Below, piece by piece: positions 35,640 through 45,940 of a stretch of DNA of 64,000 bases; position 1 is the stretch's first letter, and the number at the start of each line of letters is the position of its first letter. Below the pieces are notes generated by a model. The model searched no databases and was not told the DNA's origin. It worked only from the letters and a program-made list of their open reading frames with translations. The DNA lies in the IMG/VR virus record IMGVR_UViG_3300036770_004143, positions 186,001-250,000 of that record. One strand, written 5' to 3'. A program made the translations under genes and the position numbers.

Positions 35640-36371
35640 CTAATCTGGCAAACTTGTTCCCCTCTTTAACACAACTTTATATGCCATCTTATTTCCTGTT
35701 CTTATGGCTTCTATGATGCTTTCATTCTTATATAGGGATAATGCCAAGGCAGCGGTAAAAGTGTCTCCTGCTCCACTTATGTCAATGGTGGGGGCATTTT
35801 TCTCTTGCATGTAAACTATACCATTATGGGAAACTCCATTACCACCCATTGTTATGATAAACTTCTCTCTATTCTGATTATTAATCAAATCCTTATTGTT
35901 CTCATACTCATCCTGGTTTAGTTTAATATAATCAATGCTATTGATAATATCATCTGTTAATCTCCTCTTGCTATCCAATATGGTTGTCTTGGATTGCTTT
36001 GCTATTTTAACAATATCATCATTAGTCAAATAACCCTTATTGTAATCACTAATAATAGTGATACCATATTTGTTATCAATGTCACCATAATAAGAATCAA
36101 CATTATCCTCACCTGTGTCAACCCTTATAAAAGAATGATTGGTTTTCTCATCAACATACCTCTTCTTCTTTATCTTATTCTTCTGTGTAATTAACCTTAT
36201 GCTCACATTTGAATCCATATTAATAACATTATTATATACATTCATAGCCATCCCACCAGCCTTAACCTTATGTGTTGGAATTAATACCGGAACAGGTGCT
36301 TCTGGTGATAACCTTGTGCTTTTTGTGTAAACATATATGTCTCTACAACTTTCTCCTATTACTATAATCAT
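35640..36371 (-). CDS. PfkB-family sugar kinase (HldE/RfaE kinase-domain-like)
   Basis: RLSPEAPVPV, GGMAMNV, ISDYNKG and DISGAGDT motifs. Confidence 0.85.
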   Translation of the reverse strand: MIIVIGESCRDIYVYTKSTRLSPEAPVPVLIPTHKVKAGGMAMNVYNNVINMDSNVSIRLITQKNKIKKKRYVDEKTNHSFIRVDTGEDNVDSYYGDIDNKYGITIISDYNKGYLTNDDIVKIAKQSKTTILDSKRRLTDDIINSIDYIKLNQDEYENNKDLINNQNREKFIITMGGNGVSHNGIVYMQEKNAPTIDISGAGDTFTAALALSLYKNESIIEAIRTGNKMAYKVVLKRGTSLPD

Positions 36372-37078
36372 TATCTATATATTTTTCCTTTTATAAACCC
36401 AGGTTTAATCATTTCTCTTAATTCTTCATCTGTATATTTTTCTAATTTTGTACTACCCATATACAACATACCCCCAACCTTTAAGCCTTTTGGTAATGAG
36501 GTTATTTTTATATGTCTTAAATCCAAATTACCACCAACTTTCAATCCTTCTGGTAATGATGTTATTTGTTCACAGCCAAATAATGACAAATCACGCCCAA
36601 CTTTAAAACCTTTGGGTAATGAGGTTATCTTTGTATATGATAAATCCAAATTACCCCCAACTTCCAAGCCTTCTGGTAATGAGGTTATGTTTGAATCATA
36701 TAAACTCAAATTACCCCCAACTTTCAATCCTTCTGATAATGAAGTTATATTTGTATATTCTAAATTCAAATCCATTTTAACTTTTAATCCTTTAGGTAAT
36801 GAAGTTATGTCTGTGTCGTTCAAACTCAAATGACCCCCAACTTCCAAACCTTCTGGTAATGAGGTTATTTTTGATTGTGCTAAATACAAATCACCCCCAA
36901 CTTTAAAACCTTCTGGTAATGAGGTTATATTTGTATATTCTAAATCCAAATCACCTTCAATGGTTAAATCTTTCTCTGTTAACGGTATATCATTCATATG
37001 TTTCCACAAAAATGGTGCTCTACGCTTCTCCTTCTCTTCAAGGAACTCAAATATTCTTTTTAATTGTTCTTCTTCCAT
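36371..37078 (-). CDS. LRR-like repeat protein
   Basis: LPEGLxVGG repeats. Confidence 0.85.
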   Translation of the reverse strand: MEEEQLKRIFEFLEEKEKRRAPFLWKHMNDIPLTEKDLTIEGDLDLEYTNITSLPEGFKVGGDLYLAQSKITSLPEGLEVGGHLSLNDTDITSLPKGLKVKMDLNLEYTNITSLSEGLKVGGNLSLYDSNITSLPEGLEVGGNLDLSYTKITSLPKGFKVGRDLSLFGCEQITSLPEGLKVGGNLDLRHIKITSLPKGLKVGGMLYMGSTKLEKYTDEELREMIKPGFIKGKIYR

Positions 37079-37605
37079 TATCTATATATATTTCCTTTTA
37101 TAAACCCAGGTTTAATCATGTCTCTTATCTCATCATCTGTGTATTTGGCTAAATTTGTTCCATAAATATACAAATATGTACCAACCTCCAATCCTTTTGG
37201 TAATGAAGTTATTTTTGTATGTCTTAAATCCAAATTACCGCCAACTTTCAATCCTTCTGGTAATGATGTTATTTGTTCACAGCCAAATAACGACAAGTCA
37301 CGCCCAACTTTAAAACCTTCTGGTAGTGAAGTTATTTTACTATTTTTTAAATATATTATACCATCAACTTTTAAACTTTTTGGTAATGAGGTTATGGCTA
37401 AACCAATCAAACTCAAGGAACCCCCCACTTCCAATCCTTCTGGCAATGATGTTATTTTTGAACCTTTTAAATTCAAATTACCTTTAACAATTAATTCTTC
37501 TTTTGTTAATGGCATTTCATTCTTAAATTTCCATAAAAATGGTACTTTGTGACCTTCCTTCTCTTCAAGGAACTCAAATATTCTTTTTAGTTGTTCTTCT
37601 TCCAT
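37078..37605 (-). CDS. LRR-like repeat protein
   Basis: LPEGLxVGG repeats. Confidence 0.85.
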   Translation of the reverse strand: MEEEQLKRIFEFLEEKEGHKVPFLWKFKNEMPLTKEELIVKGNLNLKGSKITSLPEGLEVGGSLSLIGLAITSLPKSLKVDGIIYLKNSKITSLPEGFKVGRDLSLFGCEQITSLPEGLKVGGNLDLRHTKITSLPKGLEVGTYLYIYGTNLAKYTDDEIRDMIKPGFIKGNIYR

Positions 37606-38369
37606 TATCTTACTATTCTTCCGTTTATAAACCCAGGTTTAATCATTTCTCTTAATTCTTCATCATCTAAATCCATTGCAAATACACTTGCTCGGATAAA
37701 TAAATCACCCCCAACTTGCAAACCTTTTGGAATCGGTGTCACATTGGTGTTATATATATTTAAATACCCACCAACTTTTAATCCTTCTGGTAATGAAATA
37801 GTCCCCAACCCAGTTAAATCCAAATCACCTTTAATATCCAAAGTGTTAGTAATAAAAGTTTTTGAAGTTATTAATCCACCAATTTTTAAACCATTTGGTA
37901 TTTTTGTTAACCTATCTAATTCTGTGTATTTCACAATTAAAATACCCCCAACTTGCAAACCTTTTGGAAGTGATTCCACTTGTGTATCTGATAAATCCAA
38001 AGAACCACCAACTTGCAAATCTTCTGGTAATGAGGTTATGTTTGCATATGATAAAGTTAAATCAACCCCAACTTTTAATCCCCTTGGTAATGATTTTATA
38101 AGACTATGATCCAAATATAGGCTACCACCAACTTCCAAACCTTCTGGTAATGTTTCTATATCTGATTCAGTTAAATTCAAATCACCTCCAACTTTCAATC
38201 CTTCTGGTAGTGATTCTATATTTGAATCTGAAAAATCCAAATCACCTTTAACATTTAAATCTTCTTCTGTTAATGGTTGATTATTTATTAACTTCCAAAT
38301 AAATGGCACTTTATGTTCTCCTTTTCCTTCAAGGAATTCAAATATTCTTTTTAGTTGCTCTTTTTCCAT
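37605..38369 (-). CDS. LRR-like repeat protein
   Basis: LPEGLxVGG repeats. Confidence 0.85.
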   Translation of the reverse strand: MEKEQLKRIFEFLEGKGEHKVPFIWKLINNQPLTEEDLNVKGDLDFSDSNIESLPEGLKVGGDLNLTESDIETLPEGLEVGGSLYLDHSLIKSLPRGLKVGVDLTLSYANITSLPEDLQVGGSLDLSDTQVESLPKGLQVGGILIVKYTELDRLTKIPNGLKIGGLITSKTFITNTLDIKGDLDLTGLGTISLPEGLKVGGYLNIYNTNVTPIPKGLQVGGDLFIRASVFAMDLDDEELREMIKPGFINGRIVR

Positions 38370-38372
38370 AAG

Positions 38373-38888
38373 TTACTCCCATTCATCATCTATTTCTCCA
38401 CCCACTTGGCCACCAGTTGATTCAATCTTGTTATATAACTGATCAACTGTATATGATTTGGCAAGTGGAGTATTAGCAATATAAAAATTATTATAAATGT
38501 ACAAATTATTTGGCACATTTGTTATTTCATTACATCCCATAATATATAAATTCTGCCCAACATACAAATTGTCTGGAAGACTTGATATATTAGTATAATC
38601 TAAATATAAATCATCTTGAACATATAATCTATCTGGTAGATTTATTAACTCTTTGCAAAAACTCAAGTTCATTGTACCCTTAATATATAAGTCATTTGGC
38701 AATTTTCTTATATCAGAATTATTTACATCTAAATAACCATCATATACATATCTTTTATCACTTGAATATGCTTCAAGTTCATCAACCAAATCTTGCTTAA
38801 GAATGAAGTTTACCATTCTTATAGGTTGATCCACATTCTCTCTCTCTTTGAGAAATTTGAATATCTTGCTTAATTGTTCTGCTCTCAT
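38373..38888 (-). CDS. Divergent LRR-like repeat protein
   Basis: LPxxLY(V/I) variant repeats; related N-cap. Confidence 0.8.
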   Translation of the reverse strand: MRAEQLSKIFKFLKERENVDQPIRMVNFILKQDLVDELEAYSSDKRYVYDGYLDVNNSDIRKLPNDLYIKGTMNLSFCKELINLPDRLYVQDDLYLDYTNISSLPDNLYVGQNLYIMGCNEITNVPNNLYIYNNFYIANTPLAKSYTVDQLYNKIESTGGQVGGEIDDEWE

Positions 38889-39583
38889 GGTCTTCTTATT
38901 CTTCCTAATACAAATCCAGGTTTTATCATTTCTCTTATTTCATCATCTGTGTATTTTATTGCTATAAACAAATCACCCCCAACTGCCAATCCTTTTGGCA
39001 ATGTTTTTATTGATAACATAGATAAATCCAAGTCTTGGCCAACTTTTAAATCCTCTGGTAATGAGTTTATTTTTGTGTTATTCAACCACAAGTTGCCCCA
39101 AACTACCAATCCTTCTGGTAATGATTCTATTTTTGATTTTATTAAATCCAAACTACCCTGGAGTTTTAAACCTTTTGGTAATGAAGTTATTTCTGAACCA
39201 AGAAGACTCAAATTACGATAAACTTCCAAGCCTTCTGGTAATGAGGTTATTTTTGAATTATTTAAATTTAAATTACCCGTAACTTTTAATCCTTTTGGTA
39301 ATGATTTTATACTTGATGCGTTTAAGTCCAAATCACCCCCAACTTCCAAGCCTTCTGGTAGTGATTTTAAAAATTTGGTCATATCCAAGTGCAAATCACC
39401 ATAAACTTTCAAGCCTTCTGGTAATGAGGTTACGTTACTATACGACAAATCCAAATCATCATCAACAATTAATTCTTCTTTTGTTAATGGTTGATTGTTT
39501 ATAAACTTCCATCTTAATGGCACTTTATGTTCCCCTTTCCTTTCAAGGAAATCAAATATTCTTTTTAATGCTTCGTTTTTCAT
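38885..39583 (-). CDS. LRR-like repeat protein
   Basis: LPEGLxV repeats. Confidence 0.85.
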   Translation of the reverse strand: MKNEALKRIFDFLERKGEHKVPLRWKFINNQPLTKEELIVDDDLDLSYSNVTSLPEGLKVYGDLHLDMTKFLKSLPEGLEVGGDLDLNASSIKSLPKGLKVTGNLNLNNSKITSLPEGLEVYRNLSLLGSEITSLPKGLKLQGSLDLIKSKIESLPEGLVVWGNLWLNNTKINSLPEDLKVGQDLDLSMLSIKTLPKGLAVGGDLFIAIKYTDDEIREMIKPGFVLGRIRRP

Positions 39584-39990
39584 TATCCTATTATTTCACC
39601 TTTTATAAATCCAGGTTTTATCATTTCTATTATATCCTCATGATAATAATCTTCACTTATGGGTGTTCTATAGATATACAATTTACCACCAACTTTCAAG
39701 CCTTTTGGTAGTGAATTTATTAATGAACCAGATAAATCCAAATTACCACCAACTTCCAACCCTTCTGGTAATGATTTTATTATTGTTTCATCTAATTCCA
39801 AAGTACCCTCAACTTTCAAGCCTTCTGGCAATGATGTTATATTTATATCTGTTAAAATCAAATCACCTTTAACATTTAATTCATCTTCTGTTAGTGGTAT
39901 ATTATTTTTCAACTTCCAAATAAATGGTGCTTTATGTTCCCCTTTCCTTTCAAGGAAATCAAATATTCTTTTTAATACTTCTTTTTTCAT
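39583..39990 (-). CDS. LRR-like repeat protein (short)
   Basis: LPEGLxV repeats. Confidence 0.85.
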   Translation of the reverse strand: MKKEVLKRIFDFLERKGEHKAPFIWKLKNNIPLTEDELNVKGDLILTDINITSLPEGLKVEGTLELDETIIKSLPEGLEVGGNLDLSGSLINSLPKGLKVGGKLYIYRTPISEDYYHEDIIEMIKPGFIKGEIIG

Positions 39991-40769
39991 TACCTTTTTA
40001 TTTTTCCTTTTATAAATCCAGGTTGAATCATCTTTCTTAATTTATAAGTAGTAAGTTCATTTAAAGATGAATATTCCAACATTAAATCTCCAAAAACTTC
40101 TAATCCTTTTGGCAATGACTTTATTGTTGTATATTGCAATAATAAATCACCACCAACTTTCAAACCTTCTGGCAATGATTTTATTTGCTCGCAACCAAAT
40201 AATAACAAATCACCCCAAACTTCCAATCCTTCTGGTAATGAAGTTAATTCTTTGCAATATGCTAAATTCAATTTACCATTAACTTTCAAATCATCTGGTA
40301 ATGTTTCTATCTTTGACTCTCGTAAATATAACTCACCACCAACTTCCAATCCTTTTGGTAATGATTTTATACCTGTATCTAATAAATTTAGAACACCATC
40401 AACTTTTAAGCCTTCTGGTAATGATTCTATTTCTGAACGCATTAAATTTAATGATCCAACTTTCAAACTTTTTGGTAGTGTTTTTATTGACGTATAAGAT
40501 AAATCCAAATTACCACCAACTTCCAACCCTTCTGGTAAAGAGATTATATTTGACCATTGTAAATTTAAATTACCACCAACTTTCAATCCTTTTGGTAATG
40601 AGGTTATGTCTTTCATACTCAAATTCAAATCACCTTTAATATCCAAATCTTTCTTTGTTAATGGCTCATTAAAGACTATTCTCCATAGTAATGTCCCTTT
40701 TGCTTGGTGTGATTTCTTTTCCTTATCTTCAAGAAATTCAAATATTCTTTTTAATGCTTCTTTTTCCAT
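39990..40769 (-). CDS. LRR-like repeat protein (long)
   Basis: LPEGLxV repeats. Confidence 0.85.
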   Translation of the reverse strand: MEKEALKRIFEFLEDKEKKSHQAKGTLLWRIVFNEPLTKKDLDIKGDLNLSMKDITSLPKGLKVGGNLNLQWSNIISLPEGLEVGGNLDLSYTSIKTLPKSLKVGSLNLMRSEIESLPEGLKVDGVLNLLDTGIKSLPKGLEVGGELYLRESKIETLPDDLKVNGKLNLAYCKELTSLPEGLEVWGDLLLFGCEQIKSLPEGLKVGGDLLLQYTTIKSLPKGLEVFGDLMLEYSSLNELTTYKLRKMIQPGFIKGKIKR

Positions 40770-41308
40770 TATCTTATTATTTCCCCTTTTATAAATCCAG
40801 GTTTAATCATATCTCTTAATTCTTTATCTATGTATTCTAATAATGCTGTATTTTTAATAATCAACTCACCTTTAACTTCCAACCCTTTTGGCAATAAGGT
40901 TATCTTTGTTCTTCTTAAATCCAAAGTGCCACCAACTTGCAAACCTTTTGGAAGCAATTCCACTTGTGTATCTGATAAATCCAAATCCCTACCAACTTGC
41001 AAATCTTCTGGTAATGAGGTTATGTTTGAACCTTCCAAATATATATCACGTCTAACATATAAATCACTTGGTAATGATTTTAATTTAGGTGTATAAGATA
41101 AATTCAAATTGCCACCAATTTTTAAACCTTCTGGTAAGTAGGGTATATCTGAATGTTCTAAAAACAAACCACCTTTAATATCCAAATCTTCCTTTGTTAA
41201 TGGCTCATTAAATTCAATTTTCCATCTCAAAGTTCCTTTTACTTTGGCCAATTTATTTTCCTTCTCTTCAAGGAATTCAAATATTCTTTTTAGTTGTTCT
41301 TTTTGCAT
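40769..41308 (-). CDS. LRR-like repeat protein
   Basis: LPxxLxV repeats. Confidence 0.85.
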   Translation of the reverse strand: MQKEQLKRIFEFLEEKENKLAKVKGTLRWKIEFNEPLTKEDLDIKGGLFLEHSDIPYLPEGLKIGGNLNLSYTPKLKSLPSDLYVRRDIYLEGSNITSLPEDLQVGRDLDLSDTQVELLPKGLQVGGTLDLRRTKITLLPKGLEVKGELIIKNTALLEYIDKELRDMIKPGFIKGEIIR

Positions 41309-41775
41309 TATTTATGTATTTTTCCTTTCACAAATCCAGGTTTTATCATTTCTAATAATTCATAACGTTCATATTTCATCATTGTTGTCAATTCCAAATG
41401 TAAATCACCACCAACTTCCAATCCTTTTGGTAATGATTTTATATCTGTATATGTTAAATCCAAATCACCACCAACTTTTAACCCTTCTGGTAATGATTCT
41501 ATTATTGAGCCTTCCAAGTATATATCACCTTTAACATCTAAATCACTTGGTAATGATTTTAATTTAGGTGTATAAGATAAATTCAAATCACCAGCAACTT
41601 TCAAACCTTCTGGTAAGGATTTTATTTTTGAAAATGCTAAATTCAAATCACTTGTAACATTTAAATCTTCCTTTACTATTGGCTCATTATTTACTAATTT
41701 CCATTTAAATGGTGTTTTATGTTCTCCCTTCCTTTCAAGGAAATCAAATATTCTTTTTAATGCTTCTTTTTCCAT
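41308..41775 (-). CDS. LRR-like repeat protein
   Basis: LPxxLxV repeats. Confidence 0.85.
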   Translation of the reverse strand: MEKEALKRIFDFLERKGEHKTPFKWKLVNNEPIVKEDLNVTSDLNLAFSKIKSLPEGLKVAGDLNLSYTPKLKSLPSDLDVKGDIYLEGSIIESLPEGLKVGGDLDLTYTDIKSLPKGLEVGGDLHLELTTMMKYERYELLEMIKPGFVKGKIHK

Positions 41776-42245
41776 TATCTATATATTTCTCCTTTTATAA
41801 ACCCAGGTTTAATCATTTCTCTTAATTCATCATCTGTGTATTTTGTTAATGGTGTATAACGAATATTCAAATCACCATCAACATATAAACTTTCTGGTAA
41901 TGAGGTTATGTTATTACAATAAGCTAAATTCAAACCACCACCAACTTTCAAACCTTCTGGTAATGATGTTATTCTGGTATGAAGTAAATTTAATGCTCCA
42001 CCAACTTTTAATCCTTTTGGTAATGAATTTAATTTTTCAGAATATGATAAAACCAAATCACCACTAACTTTCAATCCTTCTGGTAATGAGGTTATCTTTG
42101 AATCAAATAAATACAAACGACCCTTAATATTTAATTCTTCTTTTGTGAATGGTATTTCACATTTGACTTTAAATATAAACGGCACTTTATGTTTTTCCTT
42201 CTCTTCAAGGAATTCAAATATTCTTTTTAGTTGTTCTTTTTTCAT
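41775..42245 (-). CDS. LRR-like repeat protein (first in the operon)
   Basis: Repeats; TATTTAT motif upstream. Confidence 0.85.
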   Translation of the reverse strand: MKKEQLKRIFEFLEEKEKHKVPFIFKVKCEIPFTKEELNIKGRLYLFDSKITSLPEGLKVSGDLVLSYSEKLNSLPKGLKVGGALNLLHTRITSLPEGLKVGGGLNLAYCNNITSLPESLYVDGDLNIRYTPLTKYTDDELREMIKPGFIKGEIYR

Positions 42246-42337
42246 TATAAAATTTATTACAATAAATATACAAAATAAAAAAACCCCTAGACTAATCCAA
42301 GAGTTTTTTTAAATTTAAAAAATGTCCAAGAAGATTA

Positions 42338-43357
42338 TTAGTTTTTGTCCTTCAATAAGAACTTATTGCTAATGGCTTTAAATGAAATAACATTGTCAGA
42401 TGTCCTAATTACAATACCTTCTCTTTCTGTTTTTTCATTCAAGGATGACTTACCTTCGGCAAACTTCAATAACTCATCAATTGTTTTTGGCAAATCTGTT
42501 CCAGCCCTAATTGATAAGAGTGGTGCAACCTCCAACTGGTTCTGGGCCATAAACATAGCAAACTCTGCGTAATTAAACCTTTTGTGAGCATCAATGTCAA
42601 ATGCTGTAAAGAACCTAACTGTATGACCTTTTATCTTGTAGCGATTTCCCTGGATGCCCTCACCAATCAACTCACCTTGTATTGCAAAGTTCTTGTTTTT
42701 GGCTCTCATCTTGTTCTCCAAATCAAGTTCCCTTGCAACCTTCCAGAAAGTATTCCCCTCTGTTTCCAATAGTTCAAGATTTCTTGAACAAACCCCAAAC
42801 TCACCATTGTTTATGTAGAATGTTGCAGAGGATCCATCCAGTTTTTCTGTTATATAGAAATCATCATTTGATTCTATATATGTCTTATAATCATTTGGAA
42901 TATTCTGGGCTCTAATTTCATCTGTCTTGGAAATGAAGGATGGAAACATTCCTTTTGCCAGCCCAGAAAGTTCAGGTGAAATTGGTGTTTCATACTTCAC
43001 AATACCCAACATTTCTGTCACATCCATACCCTCTTCAAGAGATATTTCAGAACCTAAAACAGAAATAGGCAATATCAACCCCTGGGAGATTTGCCCCCTC
43101 ATTTTTATAGTTCTCAATCGAAAACCCTCTGCTTCAGTTGATTTCCTATATGAAGATTTCCTTAAAAATTCAAACTCTTCCCTAATGGGTAAGAAGGAAT
43201 CAATCTCACAATACACAATGAAATCACCCACCTTATGTTCAACATTCTTGGCAACAACAACTTGCCATCCATCAACAATGGCTAGTTCAATGTTGTCAGC
43301 ACCTTCAATAGGCTTTAAATCTGATATTTTTCTAACGCTTGCAAGTTTCCTTTCCAT
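42338..43357 (-). CDS. RNA ligase (DRB0094 / Rnl2-like family)
   Basis: KLASVRKI, GADNIE, VYCEIDS, TEKLDGSS (motif I), IQGELIG and REGIVI..FKAISN.FL motifs. Confidence 0.9.
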   Translation of the reverse strand: MERKLASVRKISDLKPIEGADNIELAIVDGWQVVVAKNVEHKVGDFIVYCEIDSFLPIREEFEFLRKSSYRKSTEAEGFRLRTIKMRGQISQGLILPISVLGSEISLEEGMDVTEMLGIVKYETPISPELSGLAKGMFPSFISKTDEIRAQNIPNDYKTYIESNDDFYITEKLDGSSATFYINNGEFGVCSRNLELLETEGNTFWKVARELDLENKMRAKNKNFAIQGELIGEGIQGNRYKIKGHTVRFFTAFDIDAHKRFNYAEFAMFMAQNQLEVAPLLSIRAGTDLPKTIDELLKFAEGKSSLNEKTEREGIVIRTSDNVISFKAISNKFLLKDKN

Positions 43358-43382
43358 TATTATTTTTTTTTGTTTAGTTAAT

Positions 43383-43418
43383 AATCCCCCCTACCCAGGC
43401 ATTTGAGTAGGGGGTTTT
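43383..43418. terminator. Intrinsic terminator-like hairpin
   Basis: aatcccccctac...gtagggggtttt. Confidence 0.55.
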
Positions 43419-43420
43419 AA

Positions 43421-43687
43421 TCAATCTACTAAAGTTTCAATCTTTGATTTGTTGATTATATGATCTGTGATTGTATAATCCTCCACTTTTGTCAAGATGA
43501 CACATTTGGATAAAATCTTATAAGGAACATTGATTAAGAAATCATTTCCATTATAGAACTGGAGGGTATTCTTTAACTGTAAGGATCCGTGTATAGATTT
43601 TAGGAATAACTTGAACTGTGTCTTATCAACAAAATTCTCATTGATTAAATTCTCATTCTTGTAAATTACTCTAATGTTATGTGTCAT
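43421..43687 (-). CDS. Hypothetical protein
   Basis: ORF with its own promoter module. Confidence 0.6.
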   Translation of the reverse strand: MTHNIRVIYKNENLINENFVDKTQFKLFLKSIHGSLQLKNTLQFYNGNDFLINVPYKILSKCVILTKVEDYTITDHIINKSKIETLVD

Positions 43688-43863
43688 AGTCTTGTTTTTT
43701 TTGTTGATGCAAATTTAAAGTAAAAGATTGAATTAACCAAATATTTTTTTCATTATTTTCTGGGTTAGGTCATCATCATAGCCACACATTGACCTTTCTT
43801 ATCAGAAGCCCTATTGGCAGGCTACTCCTGGAAGTGTGGTTCACCCATTGATTCTTTTTAACA

Positions 43864-44199
43864 CTAGATTACATACTCTGGAATTCTTTCAATTGAATCA
43901 TCTATTGTATCCAATAACCCATCACAATATACATCTTTGATTTCTTTCTTAACTCTTCCAAGAGTATTCACCAAATACACATCATACAAATCACTACCAT
44001 TTAATGTAATTAAAACCCAGCCTTTGTGCCTACGGGCAGACACTCTTAAAAGCAAACCCTTGTTGCTTAAATTTATTGTTTTTGACACACCAAAAGACCA
44101 GAACACAGGTTGATTATATGTGAGCCAACCCATTGTTTCCTGTGGGTTAAATTCTAATTTGTCTTCAAGTAAAGGTTTGATTGCTGTTATGATTTTCAT
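43864..44199 (-). CDS. Conserved phage protein (I.L.gsDLYDV family)
   Basis: Motif recognition. Confidence 0.6.
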   Translation of the reverse strand: MKIITAIKPLLEDKLEFNPQETMGWLTYNQPVFWSFGVSKTINLSNKGLLLRVSARRHKGWVLITLNGSDLYDVYLVNTLGRVKKEIKDVYCDGLLDTIDDSIERIPEYVI

Positions 44200-44255
44200 G
44201 TTGGTTGTTTTGTTGATGCAAATTTAATACAAAGAAATGAATTGACCAAATTTTT

Positions 44256-44498
44256 CTACACCAATTCTGGTTGATTTTTTCTAAACCCATCCCAATGGTT
44301 TCTAACCCTCTCACAAGCATATGGGTAAGATCCGCCCCTATTGATGACCATATGCATTCCTGTTTCACCAAACATCCACCACTGGAATTCTGACTCATGT
44401 TCGCTAGCAACACAGTATAATTTACAATTATTGCCCCATGCCCACAATACACCTACTGATTCAATTTCTCTTTCTTTTTCTCTAACTTCTGTTCTCAT
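44256..44498 (-). CDS. Hypothetical protein
   Basis: Start moved to MRTEVR. Confidence 0.45.
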   Translation of the reverse strand: MRTEVREKEREIESVGVLWAWGNNCKLYCVASEHESEFQWWMFGETGMHMVINRGGSYPYACERVRNHWDGFRKNQPELV

Positions 44499-44746
44499 TT
44501 TAATTTTGTTTAGTTTGGTTTTAAAGTATTTTCCAAGAATATGTAGTATAACTATTACGAAGAAACCTATCACATTCTTTTTTTGTCTTGAACTCACGCA
44601 CAAACACCCTGCCTGTCTTTTTTTCTGTCAATTCTAACACTTGCGGCTTTCTCATAGTGGTTGGTTGTTTTGTTGATGCAAATTTACAGCAAATAATTCA
44701 AACCACCAAATCTTTTTTTCAAAAAAATAGTATTTATGGTAAAAAA

Positions 44747-45640
44747 ATGAAAAAGTTTATAACATTTATTTTATTAACTATTGTAATACAGAGTTGTAAC
44801 ACATTATCCCACACGAAAAAGACATATGTCCACCAGTTTGCAACCTCAACCAAGGATTTACCAAAGTATTCCTTAAAGTTCAACCAAACATTATCCAATG
44901 TGAGGAAAAGTAGGGGTGTATATTTTGCCAATACATTATCAACACCATCATTACACCTAACAGAATTAGATAGCATATACGCACAACAAAAATTGGATGA
45001 AAGAAAAACCATTTTATTTCAAAACTCATTTGAAATTCTTAATACATACTCAAAAATATTATTGGCCTTATCATCAGATGTTTATGTTGATGATTTATAT
45101 AACAATATAAAAGAACTTGAATATGATTTAGAATCCTTAATAAACCTAAATAATAAATTAACATCATTTAACACTCCAACCGGTTTCGTAAATATAGGGG
45201 CTAAAATAGGAGTAGTTTCTGGAAGAATTTATATAAACCAAAAACAAAGTAAAGAGATAAAAATATTATTAAATTCTTCTGACACATTAATAACAAATGT
45301 ATCAAATAATATTATTTCATATTTGGATTCTAAAAACTTAAATGCTATCATTGATAATGAAGATAAGATGTTATCAATAAACTACTTGAGTTATATACAA
45401 CAATCAAATAGAACTAGTATTTATACTGATTTGGATTATATCAAATTAAAATCAGATTTATCTAGCATAAAAGAATTAAAAGATAATTTAATTATTTGTA
45501 TGATTAATTTAAGAGATTCTCATAAAATAATGGTGGAAGAAATTAATAAAAAAAATTCAACTATTGATACTATAAATGAAATAAAAGAATTAGCAAAAAC
45601 CATAGTTGAAATAAACCAAATAATTAAAGAATTAAAATAA
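44747..45640 (+). CDS. Putative lipoprotein
   Basis: MKKFITFILLTIVIQSC signal and lipobox; TATTTAT upstream. Confidence 0.65.
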   Translation: MKKFITFILLTIVIQSCNTLSHTKKTYVHQFATSTKDLPKYSLKFNQTLSNVRKSRGVYFANTLSTPSLHLTELDSIYAQQKLDERKTILFQNSFEILNTYSKILLALSSDVYVDDLYNNIKELEYDLESLINLNNKLTSFNTPTGFVNIGAKIGVVSGRIYINQKQSKEIKILLNSSDTLITNVSNNIISYLDSKNLNAIIDNEDKMLSINYLSYIQQSNRTSIYTDLDYIKLKSDLSSIKELKDNLIICMINLRDSHKIMVEEINKKNSTIDTINEIKELAKTIVEINQIIKELK

Positions 45641-45641
45641 T

Positions 45642-45938
45642 ATGGAATACCTGTTAAAAGAAATACATACTTCAATTACAAATGTTGAAAATGAAAGATA
45701 TAATGAGAATTTATCCAAGGTAGAAAAAACTCATCTTGAAAATACTTTATTAACATTAAGAAATATGGAGAGATCTATCATTAATAAAAAAAATGATGAT
45801 ATGCTCCAAGAATTATCTACCATCACACCATCCCTAACTAAACTAATAAATGAAATGGAATCATCTGGGGAAAGACTTAATGAACTGAATATAAAACTAA
45901 AACGCTTAATCAATATTATCAACTTTTTAAAATTCTAA
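45642..45938 (+). CDS. Coiled-coil hypothetical protein
   Basis: ORF coupled to the upstream gene. Confidence 0.6.
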   Translation: MEYLLKEIHTSITNVENERYNENLSKVEKTHLENTLLTLRNMERSIINKKNDDMLQELSTITPSLTKLINEMESSGERLNELNIKLKRLINIINFLKF

Positions 45939-45940
45939 AA

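Larger units (their letters stand above)
36371..42245 (-). repeat. Tandem array of 10 LRR-like paralogs
   Basis: Shared N-cap, variable copies of a ~20-aa LxLxxSxIxSLPEGLKVGG repeat, shared C-cap. Confidence 0.9.
43701..44690 (-). promoter_or_regulatory. Three copies of a promoter module TAAATTTGCATCAACAA (Bacteroidota TAnnTTTG -7 element)
   Basis: ttgttgatgcaaattta on the + strand near 43701, 44211 and 44670. Confidence 0.7.
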
